From Lama glama (taxonomy: Eukaryota), in assembly GCA_028534125.1 (NCBI GenBank), contig CM052818.1, forward strand, positions 40,798,001 to 40,862,000: a stretch of 64,000 bases of DNA. Reading direction: 5' to 3'. A model generated the notes under the pieces. That model did no database searches. It saw nothing but the letters and a program-made list of their open reading frames with translations, and was not told where the DNA came from. Position 1 is the stretch's first letter. Every line of letters begins with the position of its first letter. Shown here piece after piece: positions 1 through 11,791 of the stretch. A program made the position numbers and the translations under genes.

Positions 1-377
1 TCCCCACACCAAAATGGCCAAAGAAAATCATTGTGGCAATTTTACACTATTGAAAAAATGCACTTGAAATCACTGACCCTTGGAAATACCTTGAACAGAC
101 AGAAAAGGACAAAGCCATCTGTCTCTTAGCAAAGGGCAAGTCTCTTGAGAAATGGTGGGGAAACCGGAAGCAGAAGTGCCTGCTTGTCTGGCAGGTAAAT
201 GTTCTGGTGGTTCCAACAGGTCCAGTGGGAATTCCCTTAGAGCTTTTCGGACAGCAAGGTCACCACGCTTACTATATAAAAATCACTATGTGCTGCTGTT
301 CCGTGAGCCAGTCCAGGTCTTTAAGGCTCATCCATCCCTGCCCAGGGGGCCGGAGAGGTGGGGTCCCTGGGCCGAGC

Positions 378-959
378 TCAGGCGCTCTGGGGCCGAGGCT
401 CTCGGCCGCCGTTGAGAAGATCTGTGAGTTCTCCGATGTACTTGATGGTGTACTTCAGCGTCTGGATCTTGGTGAGTGGCTGGCCCCTCTGGCTGTAGAC
501 GGGCGGCAGGTAATTCCGGAGGGTGTGCAGGGCGTCTGCCAAGGTCCTCATCCGGAGCTTCTCCCTCTCGCTGGCCTTCCGTCTCCGCTGGACCGACATC
601 CTGACCTTGGTGCCCCTCTGGGCCTTGGGGCCACCAGCGCCCTGCAGATAAGCGGGCTGGAAAGCTAACATATTGTAGTCTACCTCCACCAGGCCACCGG
701 TCCCAAGGCCACTGCAGTCCTGGCTGCCCCCACTGCTGGCACCTCCACGCCCACAGGACAGCCCGGCCACCGCTGGACCCGGAGAGGAAGAGCAGGACTC
801 CAGCGATGGAGCCGGGGAGAGGCTCTGGGTGGGAGAGGCCTGGTTCAGCTCAAAGGGTCCCACCCGGTCTTTCCAGTCCCAGGAGGACAGCAGGCTGGCG
901 CTGTCGGAGGAGCCCAAGCCATCTTCCAGGCTGAGGAAGGTCTCACGCAGGGTGTCCAT
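378..959 (-). CDS. MSGN1: Mesogenin-1, single-exon bHLH transcription factor of presomitic mesoderm (193 aa)
   Basis: ATG at 959 ([20 protein letters not shown]...) to TGA at 378 = 582 nt. C-terminal b[62 protein letters not shown] is characteristic of MSGN1. Lies downstream of GEN1 on the same strand, as in other mammals. Confidence 0.97.
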   Translation of the reverse strand: MDTLRETFLSLEDGLGSSDSASLLSSWDWKDRVGPFELNQASPTQSLSPAPSLESCSSSPGPAVAGLSCGRGGASSGGSQDCSGLGTGGLVEVDYNMLAFQPAYLQGAGGPKAQRGTKVRMSVQRRRKASEREKLRMRTLADALHTLRNYLPPVYSQRGQPLTKIQTLKYTIKYIGELTDLLNGGREPRPQSA

Positions 960-1039
960 GCCTGCGAGACAGCTGCAGAGAGGACGACTCCCTGGCAAGT
1001 GAGGAAGGAAGCTCTGCCACACGGCCGGGGCCGAGCTCT

Positions 1040-1147
1040 CTTTTATGATGGTGGGGGACAAGTGATGAAGTGGGAAAGAGGGCCGGGTAGAGGGAGTTCA
1101 AAGGAGAAACCAAGGACCAAGATGGAAAATGAACTCATCAGGTGTCA
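1040..1147 (-). promoter_or_regulatory. MSGN1: MSGN1 proximal promoter: TATA-like box, TCF/LEF site and T-box half-site
   Basis: Minus-strand CATAAAAG at 1040-1047, ~80 bp upstream of the ATG. CTTTGAA (TCF/LEF) at 1097-1103 and AGGTGTCA (T-box) at 1140-1147. Joint Wnt/TCF and Tbx6 control of Msgn1 is established in mouse. Confidence 0.6.
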
Positions 1148-4100
1148 CTTTCCCCTCATTGATAATTAGCATCTTCCAGCTAAAATGTCTTTAAACAGAA
1201 AGGCCTCCAAGAGAAGAAAAAAGGAATTATCTTGTTGTAACTAAACCAATTAAGGCTGCATAACTAGACTTAGCATCATCCTGTGGAACTCATAATGAGG
1301 GAGCCAAAAAAAACAAACCTGGGGCAATCGGCAGCAAGGAGGTGGTGGCCGGAGGGCCTGCTGGAGAGGGGCCACGACCTCTGATATCTCAGAGCAGATG
1401 GGGTGCACTGTTGGAGAAGCCGTGTGGTCTCGGGACAAGGTAACTCCTCGGAGCTTGGATTCTCTCATTTGTCAGATGGAGACAACAGCTCTTACTTTAG
1501 GGCGGCTGCGGGGAGGAAGGCACACGGGCACACAGTGGATGCCAAGTTCCTTCTTTCCTTCTTCCTCTTTGGCCAATTTCCTTGGGTTTTGCAGAGCGCA
1601 GACAAGCTCCCAGCATGCCTACACTCAGAATGGCAAAGGCCAGCAGCTCGAGGACATGCAGAGCCTTAATGAGCAGGAAACATCCTTCAAGAAGCTTACA
1701 GCCCTTGCTTTCACTGAGTGGTCTGGGATTCCCCACAGCAGACAGACACCAGGAAACAGAAAGCTCCTTTAAGGCAGGGAGTTTCCAGAATACCTGGCAT
1801 TTAGTCTTCTGAAGAGCTTTTTAAAATCCAGCTGCAGAGTCACACCTTGTTTTTTGAAATGTATAGAGGAAGTGTGAAATGAGCTAGGGAGCCTGTTCTC
1901 CCCACCCCAGCTCCAAATGCCGCGGAATGTGTTAAGTTGGATGGTCTTGCTAGTTCCCTTCACTTCCTACATGCTCTGAGAGATAGACCCTGGGCTTTGG
2001 AAGAGGGGTCTCAGATTCCCCATTTGTCCCAAGAACGTAACTCAGTCTCCATGCAACTAATTCTACAAATTAGTATTAATGTCAGAATCACAGTGAGTTG
2101 CATTTCATATGAATGTGTCCTTTAACATGGTTGCTTCAGTCCCTTTGCAATTATTGAAAAGAAATATCAATGATATAATTAGAACATTTATGGTATTTTT
2201 TAATTAGCTTGGCTCAGGGGGGAGAAAAAAAGCTCAGGCAGGTAATCTGTGGAAGAATGCTCTTAATTTTGCCATTTACTAAAGGATCCTAAGCCACATC
2301 TTGAAGAATAATAACATTAATGAAACATAATAAATGTAATAAATGACTTCTCCTTTCCCGTCTCCTCTTTTTCTTCCTTCAGCTCTGATTGAAAAGCCTA
2401 GACTCTGTTGATTCTATTCAAGGAACTTTACATATTATTATAGCTAACCTATTTTTAAAAAACCCACCATACAGATAAAAATACTGAGGCTCTAAGAGGT
2501 TGAGGGACTCAGTGAAGATTTCCCTGGTAGGAAGTGGCAGAGCCACTAGAAAGTGGTTGACCCAAGATCCCTTATAAGACCCCAAAGCCCTCTTTTTTTA
2601 AAAAACAAAGATCTATTTTCTCTATTTCAGTTGGTTTTGACAGAGGCAGGTGACCTGAATGTGACTCAGAGAAAAGGGGACTTTCAGTAGATCCGAGGCG
2701 GCTGCAGTTGCCACTGTCACAGTAAGCTTTCCAGTTTCATATTCTAAACTTCACAGTTTTCCATGTAATACTACATCTGCTTTCAGACTCCTTAAATGTT
2801 TTTCCCTCTCGAAAGTTTCTTTCTATAATTGCTGACCTTTTTGAACTTCCATCCTCAGAAATTTCATTTCGTACGCGAGACAGTGTCTGTCAAATCCTCG
2901 GTATACAGTAGACACAATAAATGTAGGTTTTGTTCTTCTGGCTACTGTCTCGTGCTGGTCAGACTGACCAGTATCAGGATGGCTTACTGTGCTCTGACTC
3001 CTCTCCCCTGACCCTGGTCACCCAGCATTGCTGCTCTTAGAACAGGGAAAACTGCCTGGTTTCCATGTTTGTCACTGTAGACTGTCCCTCTGGTAAGAAG
3101 CAAACTGGACCCAGGTTTGTATTTCTCCTGCTCGTCTCCATGAAGCACTCTGCGCTCAGTCTGCTGGACAGCCTAACACCGCCAGCATTTGAGGTCTGCC
3201 GCGGGGCACACCCAGTTGGTGCTTCGGTATCTCCATTGAGCAGCAAGCCCCACAGAAACCAGACGAGGCTAAACTGGACCCAATAAAGCCTAGCTGGTGG
3301 TGTGATGTAGCAAGAAGATGAGCCGGAGCTCACCTCCTTTAGAGCAAATGACTCACCCCCTCAGGCCTCAGTATTTTCATTTGTAAAAGAAGGATAATAA
3401 TATCTGTTCTGTCTTCTTTGTGAAGAGCACGTGTGAAATGAGGAGTGTAGACCAGAGGATCATTAACTCCCCTTCCAGCTCTAAAATGCGATGCAACGTG
3501 TTACTGTGTGAACGTGTTACTTGATTAAAAGAGCACCCATCACACCCACGAAAGAACTCGGGGACCACTGAGCCCATCCTTTCATCTGCATTGCAGAGAT
3601 GGCAATGACTTGCTCAATGTCACACCAGAAGGCTGTGGCAGAGAGGGAAACAGAAGAGCCAGAGCTGCCTGACTCCCAGATCTGTCGTTTTTCTTCCCTT
3701 GAAACTAATACAGATTAAGTGATATATAAACTTTCCTATCAGTCAGAGTACATAGTTCCCACAGTACTGAGTTACTGGGATAAATATTTTAATATGAATT
3801 TAAATGTTCACTCAAAAAAATCTATAAGCTATTGTGACCATGATTGCAACAAATTTTTAAAAAGTCTCCAACCCTAAGTCATACTCCCAAAGGACTTGCA
3901 AAATTTCCTGGTCCTGTTTTCCAAAGAGTAACATAGGGGTACAGATGGTCTCAGCTTTCAAATCCAGGGCTATTATAGTAACCTTTTCTCTGTAGCTGCC
4001 CCCATGAAGAAGGACCCAGGATTTGCTACACAGATTATGAGTGGTCTGCTGTCTAATTTTTAGAAAGATGAGCTTCTGAAGGAATGCCAGGGGTGTCCTC

Positions 4101-4547
4101 AATAACGGTTATGACAGAGACATGGACAACTGGGCATTTCATTTCCCATGAACCAGCGGTGATTGCAGACTCAGGACCGAAGGGCCAGGACACTTTCCTC
4201 AGGTAGAGCCACTTCCAGGAAATTGACAAATAGTCCTCAAAGAATCAACTGGAAACAGGGGGCAACTGGCTGCTTCAGTGCTTGAATCTGAAACCAGCAG
4301 TGGTCCCACATCACTGCTAGCCCATCAGGCGTCCCTGTGTAAGTTAGAAAAATGCTGAGCGTGGACCTATTTCGGCCCCACGGTCTCTGACCAAGCATCT
4401 CTGTGCAAGGCTCAACCCCCACAGACAGTGGCCCTGGGAGCCTCTGTGATATGTCTCCTTTGCAGTATTAGCATTTTTAGAACTTTAATGGCTGTTCGGA
4501 CATGGGTGGGTGGATGAAAAGTGGTGGTAGTGTAAGAATGCTGCCAT

Positions 4548-4862
4548 TGGACCAAGAGATGATCATACTGAGTGAAGTAAGTCAGACAGAGAAAGACAGA
4601 TATCATGTGATGTCACCTTTATGTGGAATCTAAAAAAAAAAAAGATACAAGTTTTATTTACAGACCAGAAATAGACTCATGGACATAGAAAACAAACTGT
4701 GGTTACCAGAGGGGAAAGGCAATGAGAGGGATAAATTAGGAGTTTGGGATTAACAGATACACATTAATTTATATAAAATAGATAAACAACAAAGACCTAC
4801 TTTATAGCACAGGGAACTGTGTTCAGATTCCTGTAATGATTCATAATGGAAAAGAATCTGAA

Positions 4863-4905
<43 letters not shown>

Positions 4906-4990
4906 TGTGTATATATATGTACAAGTGAATCACTTTGCTGAGCACCTGAAATTCACATTGTGGACTGACTACATTCCACTAAAAAAATAA
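4548..4990 (+). mobile_element. 5'-truncated LINE-1 3' end (end of ORF2 plus 3'UTR)
   Basis: 'atcatactgagtgaagtaagtcagacagagaaagac...tgtggaatctaaaa' followed by a typical cetartiodactyl L1 3'UTR and an A-rich tail. Confidence 0.85.
4867..4902. repeat. (AT)18 microsatellite inside the L1 3'UTR
   Basis: Read directly from the sequence. Confidence 0.95.
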
Positions 4991-5479
4991 GGAGGCAAAC
5001 TAGGCCTGGGTCAAATCTCAGAAATACTTACACACTGATTACGGCCACGATTAAGAACCTGGAGGACTTTCCGAAGGACATGACGTCTGCAGCCTTGTTT
5101 TTTAAGTAGCCTTCCTATGGGTTCTTAAAAGAATGTTCCTTTAAAATCAGAGCTTTTTTTTAACAAGGTGAAACGTTGGGGAGAACATTTTTGTCATTGC
5201 TTGAAGGTTGGATATAGCATGAACTGTGCAAGAAATTGCCAGCCATTCCAGCTTCGGCGGTCAGTTGGAGGCTGGAGCTGGAGAGGAGAGCCTTGTCCCT
5301 CAGGATAAGGCACTTGGAGCTTATCCTGTAGAAGGCAAGAGCTTCTAGTCATCAAGATGAAGTTTCAGCAGGGGCGAGATTTGGCCAGCAAAGCATTGGA
5401 GCCATCAGCGCCAGCTGCTTGCGGACCTGTTCATGCGGAACGTGACTAGGGGCCAAGGCTGTGCCAGATATTACAATAG

Positions 5480-5680
5480 GAGCTTAACGTAATTGATTCA
5501 CATTAATCCTTCAAACAACCCTAAGGAGCATTTATCATCACACATCCTGTTTTAGCAATAAGATACCAAGGCACAGAGGGGTTAAGTAATTTGCCTGAGA
5601 CCTCCAACTCATGACTGGTAGTCCTAAAATGTGACCCTGGGCAGTCTGCCTTGGGTCCAGACTTTTAACCCCTTCCCAAA
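5480..5680 (-). mobile_element. MIR SINE fragment
   Basis: Reverse MIR core 'aaggcacagaggggttaagtaatttgcctgagacc...'. Confidence 0.7.
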
Positions 5681-5974
5681 ACAATGGAGAAGAGTTAGCA
5701 GCATCAACATGATGGTCCCTGTGGTGCTCCTAAAGCCGGAACTCAATCTTGAACTTTAGCTCAGTGGATATGAAGACACTGATTTATTGGTATCACTCAA
5801 CCATGTAGCCAGTGTACACAGGGCACCTGAGATTAGCTCAGTGCATTAGGCATTTAGGGGTTAAGAAGATGCAGTAGGTTTAGACTTGCTGTCTCACTCC
5901 TAAATTAGATGGTTAGACAATACAGGCACCCACTCAACTCCTCTCTGCAAAGTTAGTGAACAGGAAAACTACTT

Positions 5975-6263
5975 TTTTAAAAATTTTTTTATTGAAGCAT
6001 GTTTGATTTACAATGTTAGCTTTAGGTGTACAGCAAAGCAATTCAGTTATACATATACATACATTTTTTTTTCTTTTCAGATTCTTTTCCATTATATGTT
6101 ATTATGAGAAATTGAATACAGTTCTCTGTGCTATACAGTATGTCCTTGTTGTTTATCTATATTATATATAGTAATGTGTGTCTGTGAATCCCCAACCCTT
6201 AATTTGTACCTCCCCGCCCTTCCCCCTTTGGTAACCATAGTTTGTTTTTTATATCAGTGAGTA
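5975..6263 (-). mobile_element. LINE-1 3'UTR fragment, same family as 4548-4990
   Basis: T-rich tail, then 'ttattgaagcatgtttgatttacaatgttag...ggtaaccatagtttgttt'. Its reverse complement aligns by eye to 4690-4980. Confidence 0.85.
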
Positions 6264-6305
6264 ATAGGCATACTTCTTAAAGTCTAAAGTCTAAAGGGAG
6301 TGTCT

Positions 6306-6333
6306 TGTGTGTGTGTGTGTGTGAGTGTGTGTG
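6306..6333. repeat. Interrupted (TG)n microsatellite
   Basis: Read directly from the sequence. Confidence 0.9.
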
Positions 6334-6389
6334 CACGTGTGACATGCAGAAGCGTTCCCTTTGTTGGCTATACATGGTTAACCCAGCAA

Positions 6390-6570
6390 CGAAACACAAC
6401 AATAATCATAAACTTACTTAGTGCAAAATGCTTTGTATGACTTATTCCATTTCAATCTTACAAAAATCCTTTAAAGGAAAAACTGAGGCTTAGAGAAGTT
6501 GCAAACATTGCCCAAAGTTGCAAGACTAACCAGTGAAGGAGACAGTCAAGACCAAGGCAGTCTGACTCCG
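6390..6570 (-). mobile_element. MIR SINE fragment
   Basis: 'ggaaaaactgaggcttagagaagttg...cattgcccaaagttgca...caaggcagtctgactcc'. Confidence 0.7.
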
Positions 6571-8999
6571 GAGCACCGGCTCCAGGGAGTGACCGTGTAT
6601 TGTGAGGGAAGACGTAGGCGAGGGACGTGCCTCTTGGCGGCTGTTGTAAGGTTTGCAGTGGGTTTACAGCTCTGGGTTTGCGGTTCCAAAACAGGAGGCA
6701 TCTGTCTCCCCATGCCACTTTCTAGTACTTTCCTTAGCCTAGGCCACACAATTATCTTTATCAAACAAGCAAGGGTGGTATTCAGACATATCTTCCTATA
6801 ACTGAAATTTTTAGAAAGAATTTTTTATATAAATAAGACACGTTTATGTATTTATGTTAATCACAGTAGTAATAACACAATTTTTGAATACCTGCATCAC
6901 TTACTAACCATGAAGGTCTCATCCACATCACCTCATGTAACCTCGATACAATCCAGTAAAGCAGTCATCAGCCTCATTGGACAAGAAAGAATGAAAAGCT
7001 CAGATGCTCAGAACATCACACAAGGTCAACTGGACACAGCCCTTCCTTTTAAGGTCACAGCCTTACCCAACGCCCCGGCAGCCAGCACACCCAGAGCTAG
7101 CTCAGTAAGGCAGCCGCTTCCGGCCCTCACTGCCTCCAGCTTGGGCTCATCATGCAGACACTCAGTGTACCCTGGTGTCAAAAGCTATCTCTGGCCATTG
7201 GGGTCTACACACTCCCCCAACCTTGGTATGCTCCACAGTCCTTTGTCCCAGCCACAGCCACACAGAATCCCATCGGCCAGCCCAGCCCCTGGTCTTCCTG
7301 CTGGTGAGGGACACAGACGGTGTTTGAACACAGTCAGGACTAAGTTAAAAACCTGGACCTTTCACTCCATCACCCTAACACTTAGATAATAGATCATTCT
7401 TGTGGGGCAGAGGGAGGATGTGGTGTGTGTGTATGTCTGGATGTGTGTTAAAAGAAAACACTTAAGTGCAATGTGATATCTTCGTACGTCCTTGAGCGAG
7501 TGAAGAGAAATAAAAGTAGCAACTTCCTCGCTGGTTACTGACAGCGCTCTTGTGTCATTAAGTTCTAGCCAAGCCAGCGGTGGTTCTTCCCGGCAGGACT
7601 TTCATGCCACTGCCATCACTCTCACTACCAACCAAGGAAATAATAAAAAATATTGGCTCCCCTGATATGGGCTGGAGGCTCATTATAAAGCCAAAGAGTA
7701 ATATTTTGTTTTTCATCCTCTTAAAAATAAATCGCCAAGCATTGCGCAGTGTACAAACATGATTTTCACCAGTTGAATAGTTAAAAGAGGACAAAATAGC
7801 AGAAAGAAATAGAAATGAAAGCATTTGGCTTACTTCATAGGCGAGACTGGGGACAGAAGCTAAATGTGCTAAATTGCAGAAAATCCTTTAAAGCAGAAAG
7901 AGAAAACCCTTGCAGTCTCGTCCAGCAGTTCCTGAAGAGGGTTCCCTGACCTGGAGTAGGTCTATCTTCACCCCCTTCGCTAGATGACGTCAGGAGAACG
8001 GCAGCATCCTAGCTCCCGAACATCTCTAAGCCTTCTTTCTACTCAAGAACGCTGACAACCTGAGCTCCAGGTCCTAACTCATCAACGCACACCACCGCCA
8101 AGGGCTGTGTGAATTTTCCTTGCAGCATGAACATAGGGGGAAACCAAGCCAGTGTGGCTTTCTTTAGAAAGATTCCATTCCCAAATTGCCACGTCCACAT
8201 GAGGTCCCTAAGGTATCTGATGAGAATATAAGCTGCCTCCTCTTTTGAACGTATGATGAAATATATTCCTTTGAGGGAAAAAAATCTAATCACTGTGTCT
8301 GCACAAAATGGGCAGTTGGGTGGAAGGCAGGAGGGGAGCAGAGAGGGGAGGGTACTGTGTAGGGTGGAGGAAGATCAGAGCAGGGGAAGAGGGTAATAAA
8401 TAGAGGAAGTGAAGCTAATTCTCCCTGAAGAGGAACAGGGCAGAGTGTGTGTCGATTATTCTGCCAGGGAGAATGAGCAGTTCGTCTTAGCTCAAAAAAA
8501 AATCTCATGTCAACGTCTTGCCCCCCCCAAAAGCCTGGAGGGGTTCCCCACAAGGGAGAGGAAGCAGCTTTGAGGGTTTCACCACTGATTCTTCGGCAAC
8601 TGGCTAGCAAGATTCAAAATAACAAAACAAAACAAAACAAAACTCATGTGTTACATTTACACCTCGTCCCCCTTTTAAGTTGGAGTCTTTATTACCACTG
8701 GCATTTGGGGTGGCATTTTAATACCCATGTCAAAAAAGTTGAAAGCAGTTTGCACGGGGGCTGTTCTCTAAGGATTTCCCTCTGTTTTTATCGGCCTGAA
8801 GAGCAGAAAAGTGCAAAGTTACTTCTTCCATCCCCGTCAATGCCAGTAACTAAGATGCCAAAAGTCCCGATATTAAATGAAGGCTAAATGTTTTCAGCAG
8901 GAGATCTGTCTAATGAGTCTGCTCGTTTTCAGAAACTCTGTCCCCTCCTTTGGACCATTTTTAATTCAGGCTTTCACATTTGCCAGTTAATTGATACCT

Positions 9000-9640
9000 A
9001 AAAGGCAGATACAAGGCAAAGAACAAACTTGGGAAAATATTTTCCACAAATATGAGTCAAAGGGCATTGCTATGGAGAACTCATACAGATAAGAAAAAAC
9101 AGAGGCTTGCCACTGGGGAGATGCACAAGGCATGAATAAACAGCTCACAAAAGATGTCCAAGCAGCTGACAAACATAGAAGAAAATGTTCATCTCACTAG
9201 TAATCAAAGACATGCAAATGGCACACCGAGGCGAGGCCGTTTTTCACCTCTCAAACTGGCAAAGTTGGCAAGAGGGTGAGGAAATGGTCCTCCCCACACC
9301 CTGCTTGTGGGAGGGTAAACTGGTTAGTTTTTTAAATATTTTAAACCTCGAAAATGCGTTTTAGATTTAAAAGTATCTCTGACACATAAACTTTCTTCTA
9401 TAGAACTGAACAAAGCTGCAGTCAAATATTTATGAGCAAGAATATTCATCATAGTATTATGATAGTATAATAGTAAAAAACAAAGCAACAGCCTCAATAT
9501 CTCACAACAAAGGAGTGATGACACAAATTATGTCCTTTCTGTATGATAGAATATACCCCGGTGGATTAAAATCGTATTTATGAAGAACACATAATATAGA
9601 AGATATAATTTAATATCAGGATTTTTAAACAGGATATATG
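9000..9640 (+). mobile_element. Old degenerate LINE-1 (L1M-type) ORF2 3' region
   Basis: Degenerate L1 ORF2 motifs: 'tgggaaaatattt', 'aaaatgttcatctcactagtaatcaaagacatgcaaat', 'cttgtgggagggtaaactggt'. Confidence 0.65.
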
Positions 9641-9769
9641 AAATTAATGCTCTGATCCAGTTACATTTTTTTAAATAGAGAAATGACTAAGTAAGACTGG
9701 TTATTTCTGGTGATAGGAACTGAAGGTAACTTTTCTTCATTCACCTTCCTTTCTTCTTGAGGAAGAGTC

Positions 9770-9960
9770 TAGTGACACAGCTAAAAGCACAGAGTCTGCC
9801 GCCAGGGAACCCAGGACCAAACTTGGACTTGTCTACTTCTGTAACTACACAGTCCTAAGCGGGTAACTGAATCCCTCTGTCTCAGTCTCTCTAACTGTAA
9901 TATGGGATTTATGACAGTACGCGCTTCACAGCCTTGTTGTGAGGATTGATACCTGTAAAG
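9770..9960 (+). mobile_element. MIR SINE
   Basis: 'ccctctgtctcagtctctctaactgtaatatggg...cttgttgtgaggatt' matches the MIR core. Confidence 0.7.
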
Positions 9961-11128
9961 AAATGTCATTATATCTGGCCTCAGATCCAGTCCACATTCA
10001 GTGATTGGTAGCTGCTATTATATTTTATAGTTGTCGGTATTTTCTAAATTTTCAAGTTATTAATTTAAAAATTAGAATTTTCAAAGCAGTGACTAGGCAA
10101 GGCTGGCCTGCGCTGGTCCATGTCTAGAGGACAAAGATGCAGGAATCACAGCTGCCGTCAAGTTGAATTGAAGCATCCGGGTAGTACACTTATTTAAAGA
10201 GAAAGAAAGGAAAGACAAAGACAAGAGGAAGAAAAGAAGGGAGAAAGGGAGAAAGGACGGGAGGGAAGAAGGGAGGGAGGGAGGGGATTAGGGAGATGCG
10301 CTCTGGAAAGACGATGGAGCATCGACAAATAGGCTGCATCAGGTCGCTGAGTCCTTGCTGGAGCTCCATGTTCAGCATGCATGGTGCACAGCTCACACAC
10401 ACACCATGTCGACAAGAATCACTTGGGGAGAGCAGAAGAATTATTTTCAAAAGAAAGATTCCCAGGCCCTCTCTTGAAGCCGTTGATTTGATAAGTCAAG
10501 GCTGGAAACCAGGTAATCTCTGTTCTTAATAAGCAAGAAAGCTGGGAATCACTGACCTAGCCAGTTAGAAGCACTTCAGAGGTCGACGAGCTACCGAGCC
10601 CCACGCCAGGAAGCGAAGAGGATGTCCAGGGCAAGTCCTTCTGCCTAGATTGTTAAATAGAGACAAACCCCAGGAGGCAGGGAGCAGGACTGGGGACCTC
10701 CAGGGCTTTATAACTCCTTGACTGTTTCATGCCATTAAAAATCACTTCTCGTCCTGTCATTTAAGGGCCATCCACGGTCTGGCCCATCCTGACCCTTCCA
10801 GCTTTACATCCCCCTTGTCCTCAGGCACATTCTCTACCCCCAGGATGGCCCTACACTGTTTCTAGATCACATTTTCTTCTCTCAGCCTTTGCCTGGGCTG
10901 TGCCCCTCACCCAAATCTCTCTCTCTGCCTTAACCTCTCAGATTCTACCAGGTCCTCTAAGCCAGGGCCAAGTGTCTTCCCCAGAAACCTGAGTCCCGTC
11001 CACTCCTTAGTGACCATTTATATGGATAGCCCAGTTCAGAAGTTTGTTGTACTGACTGGTATTGTTTAATGATTCTTTCACTTGTTAAAAAGCTTCAATA
11101 ATACCTAGTATAAGAATATTGCCTTATA

Positions 11129-11791
11129 GGGGAACCCTCCTACACTGCTGGTGGGAATGCAGTTTGGTGTAGCCACTATGGAAAACAGTGTGGAGATTCC
11201 TCAAAAGACTAGGAATAGACTTACCATATGACCCAGGAATCCCACTCCTGGGCTTGTACCCAGAAGGAACTCTACTTCAGGANNNNNNNNNNNNNNNNNN
11301 NNNNNNNNNNNNNNNNNNNNNNNNNNNNNNNNNNNNNNNNNNNNNNNNNNNNNNNNNNNNNNNNNNNNNNNNNNNNNNNNNNNNNNNNNNNNNNNNNNNN
11401 NNNNNNNNNNNNNNNNNNNNNNNNNNNNNNNNNNNNNNNNNNNNNNNNNNNNNNNNNNNNNNNNNNNNNNNNNNNNNNNNNNNNNNNNNNNNNNNNNNNN
11501 NNNNNNNNNNNNNNNNNNNNNNNNNNNNNNNNNNNNNNNNNNNNNNNNNNNNNNNNNNNNNNNNNNNNNNNNNNNNNNNNNNNNNNNNNNNNNNNNNNNN
11601 NNNNNNNNNNNNNNNNNNNNNNNNNNNNNNNNNNNNNNNNNNNNNNNNNNNNNNNNNNNNNNNNNNNNNNNNNNNNNNNNNNNNNNNNNNNNNNNNNNNN
11701 NNNNNNNNNNNNNNNNNNNNNNNNNNNNNNNNNNNNNNNNNNNNNNNNNNNNNNNNNNNNNNNNNNNNNNNNNNNNNNNNNNCCCCCCAAA
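11129..11791 (+). mobile_element. Young 5'-truncated LINE-1 with a perfect 17-bp target-site duplication (interior is a gap)
   Basis: L1 ORF2 peptide [24 protein letters not shown] precedes the gap. AAGAATATTGCCTTATA occurs at both 11112-11128 and 11792-11808. Confidence 0.9.
11283..11782. other. Assembly gap (500 N)
   Basis: Run of N. Confidence 1.

Noticed and set aside
14..26. ATGGCCAAAGAAA, resembling the start of SMC6
   Set aside because: Lies in the MSGN1 3' region at the wrong end of the window; no coding continuation.
152..668. Plus-strand ORFs of 87 and 153 aa
   Set aside because: Antisense shadows of the GC-rich MSGN1 CDS; no recognisable protein.
960..1061. 34-aa N-terminal extension of MSGN1 in the ORF track (227 aa)
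   Set aside because: It starts at TTG, not ATG, and spans the TATA-like box. The ATG at 959 gives the canonical 193-aa protein.
3065..3287. 73-aa ORF ending in AATAAA, with a 12-bp direct repeat AAACTGGACCCA (3102, 3271)
   Set aside because: No homology or poly(A) tail. About one 12-mer repeat within 200 bp is expected by chance in 64 kb.
5301..5328. 9-bp inverted repeat CAGGATAAG...CTTATCCTG
   Set aside because: Too short for a pre-miRNA or MITE; compatible with chance.
6910..7389. 159-aa ATG-initiated ORF
   Set aside because: Partly MIR-like, low-complexity S/P-rich translation, with no domain or splice support.
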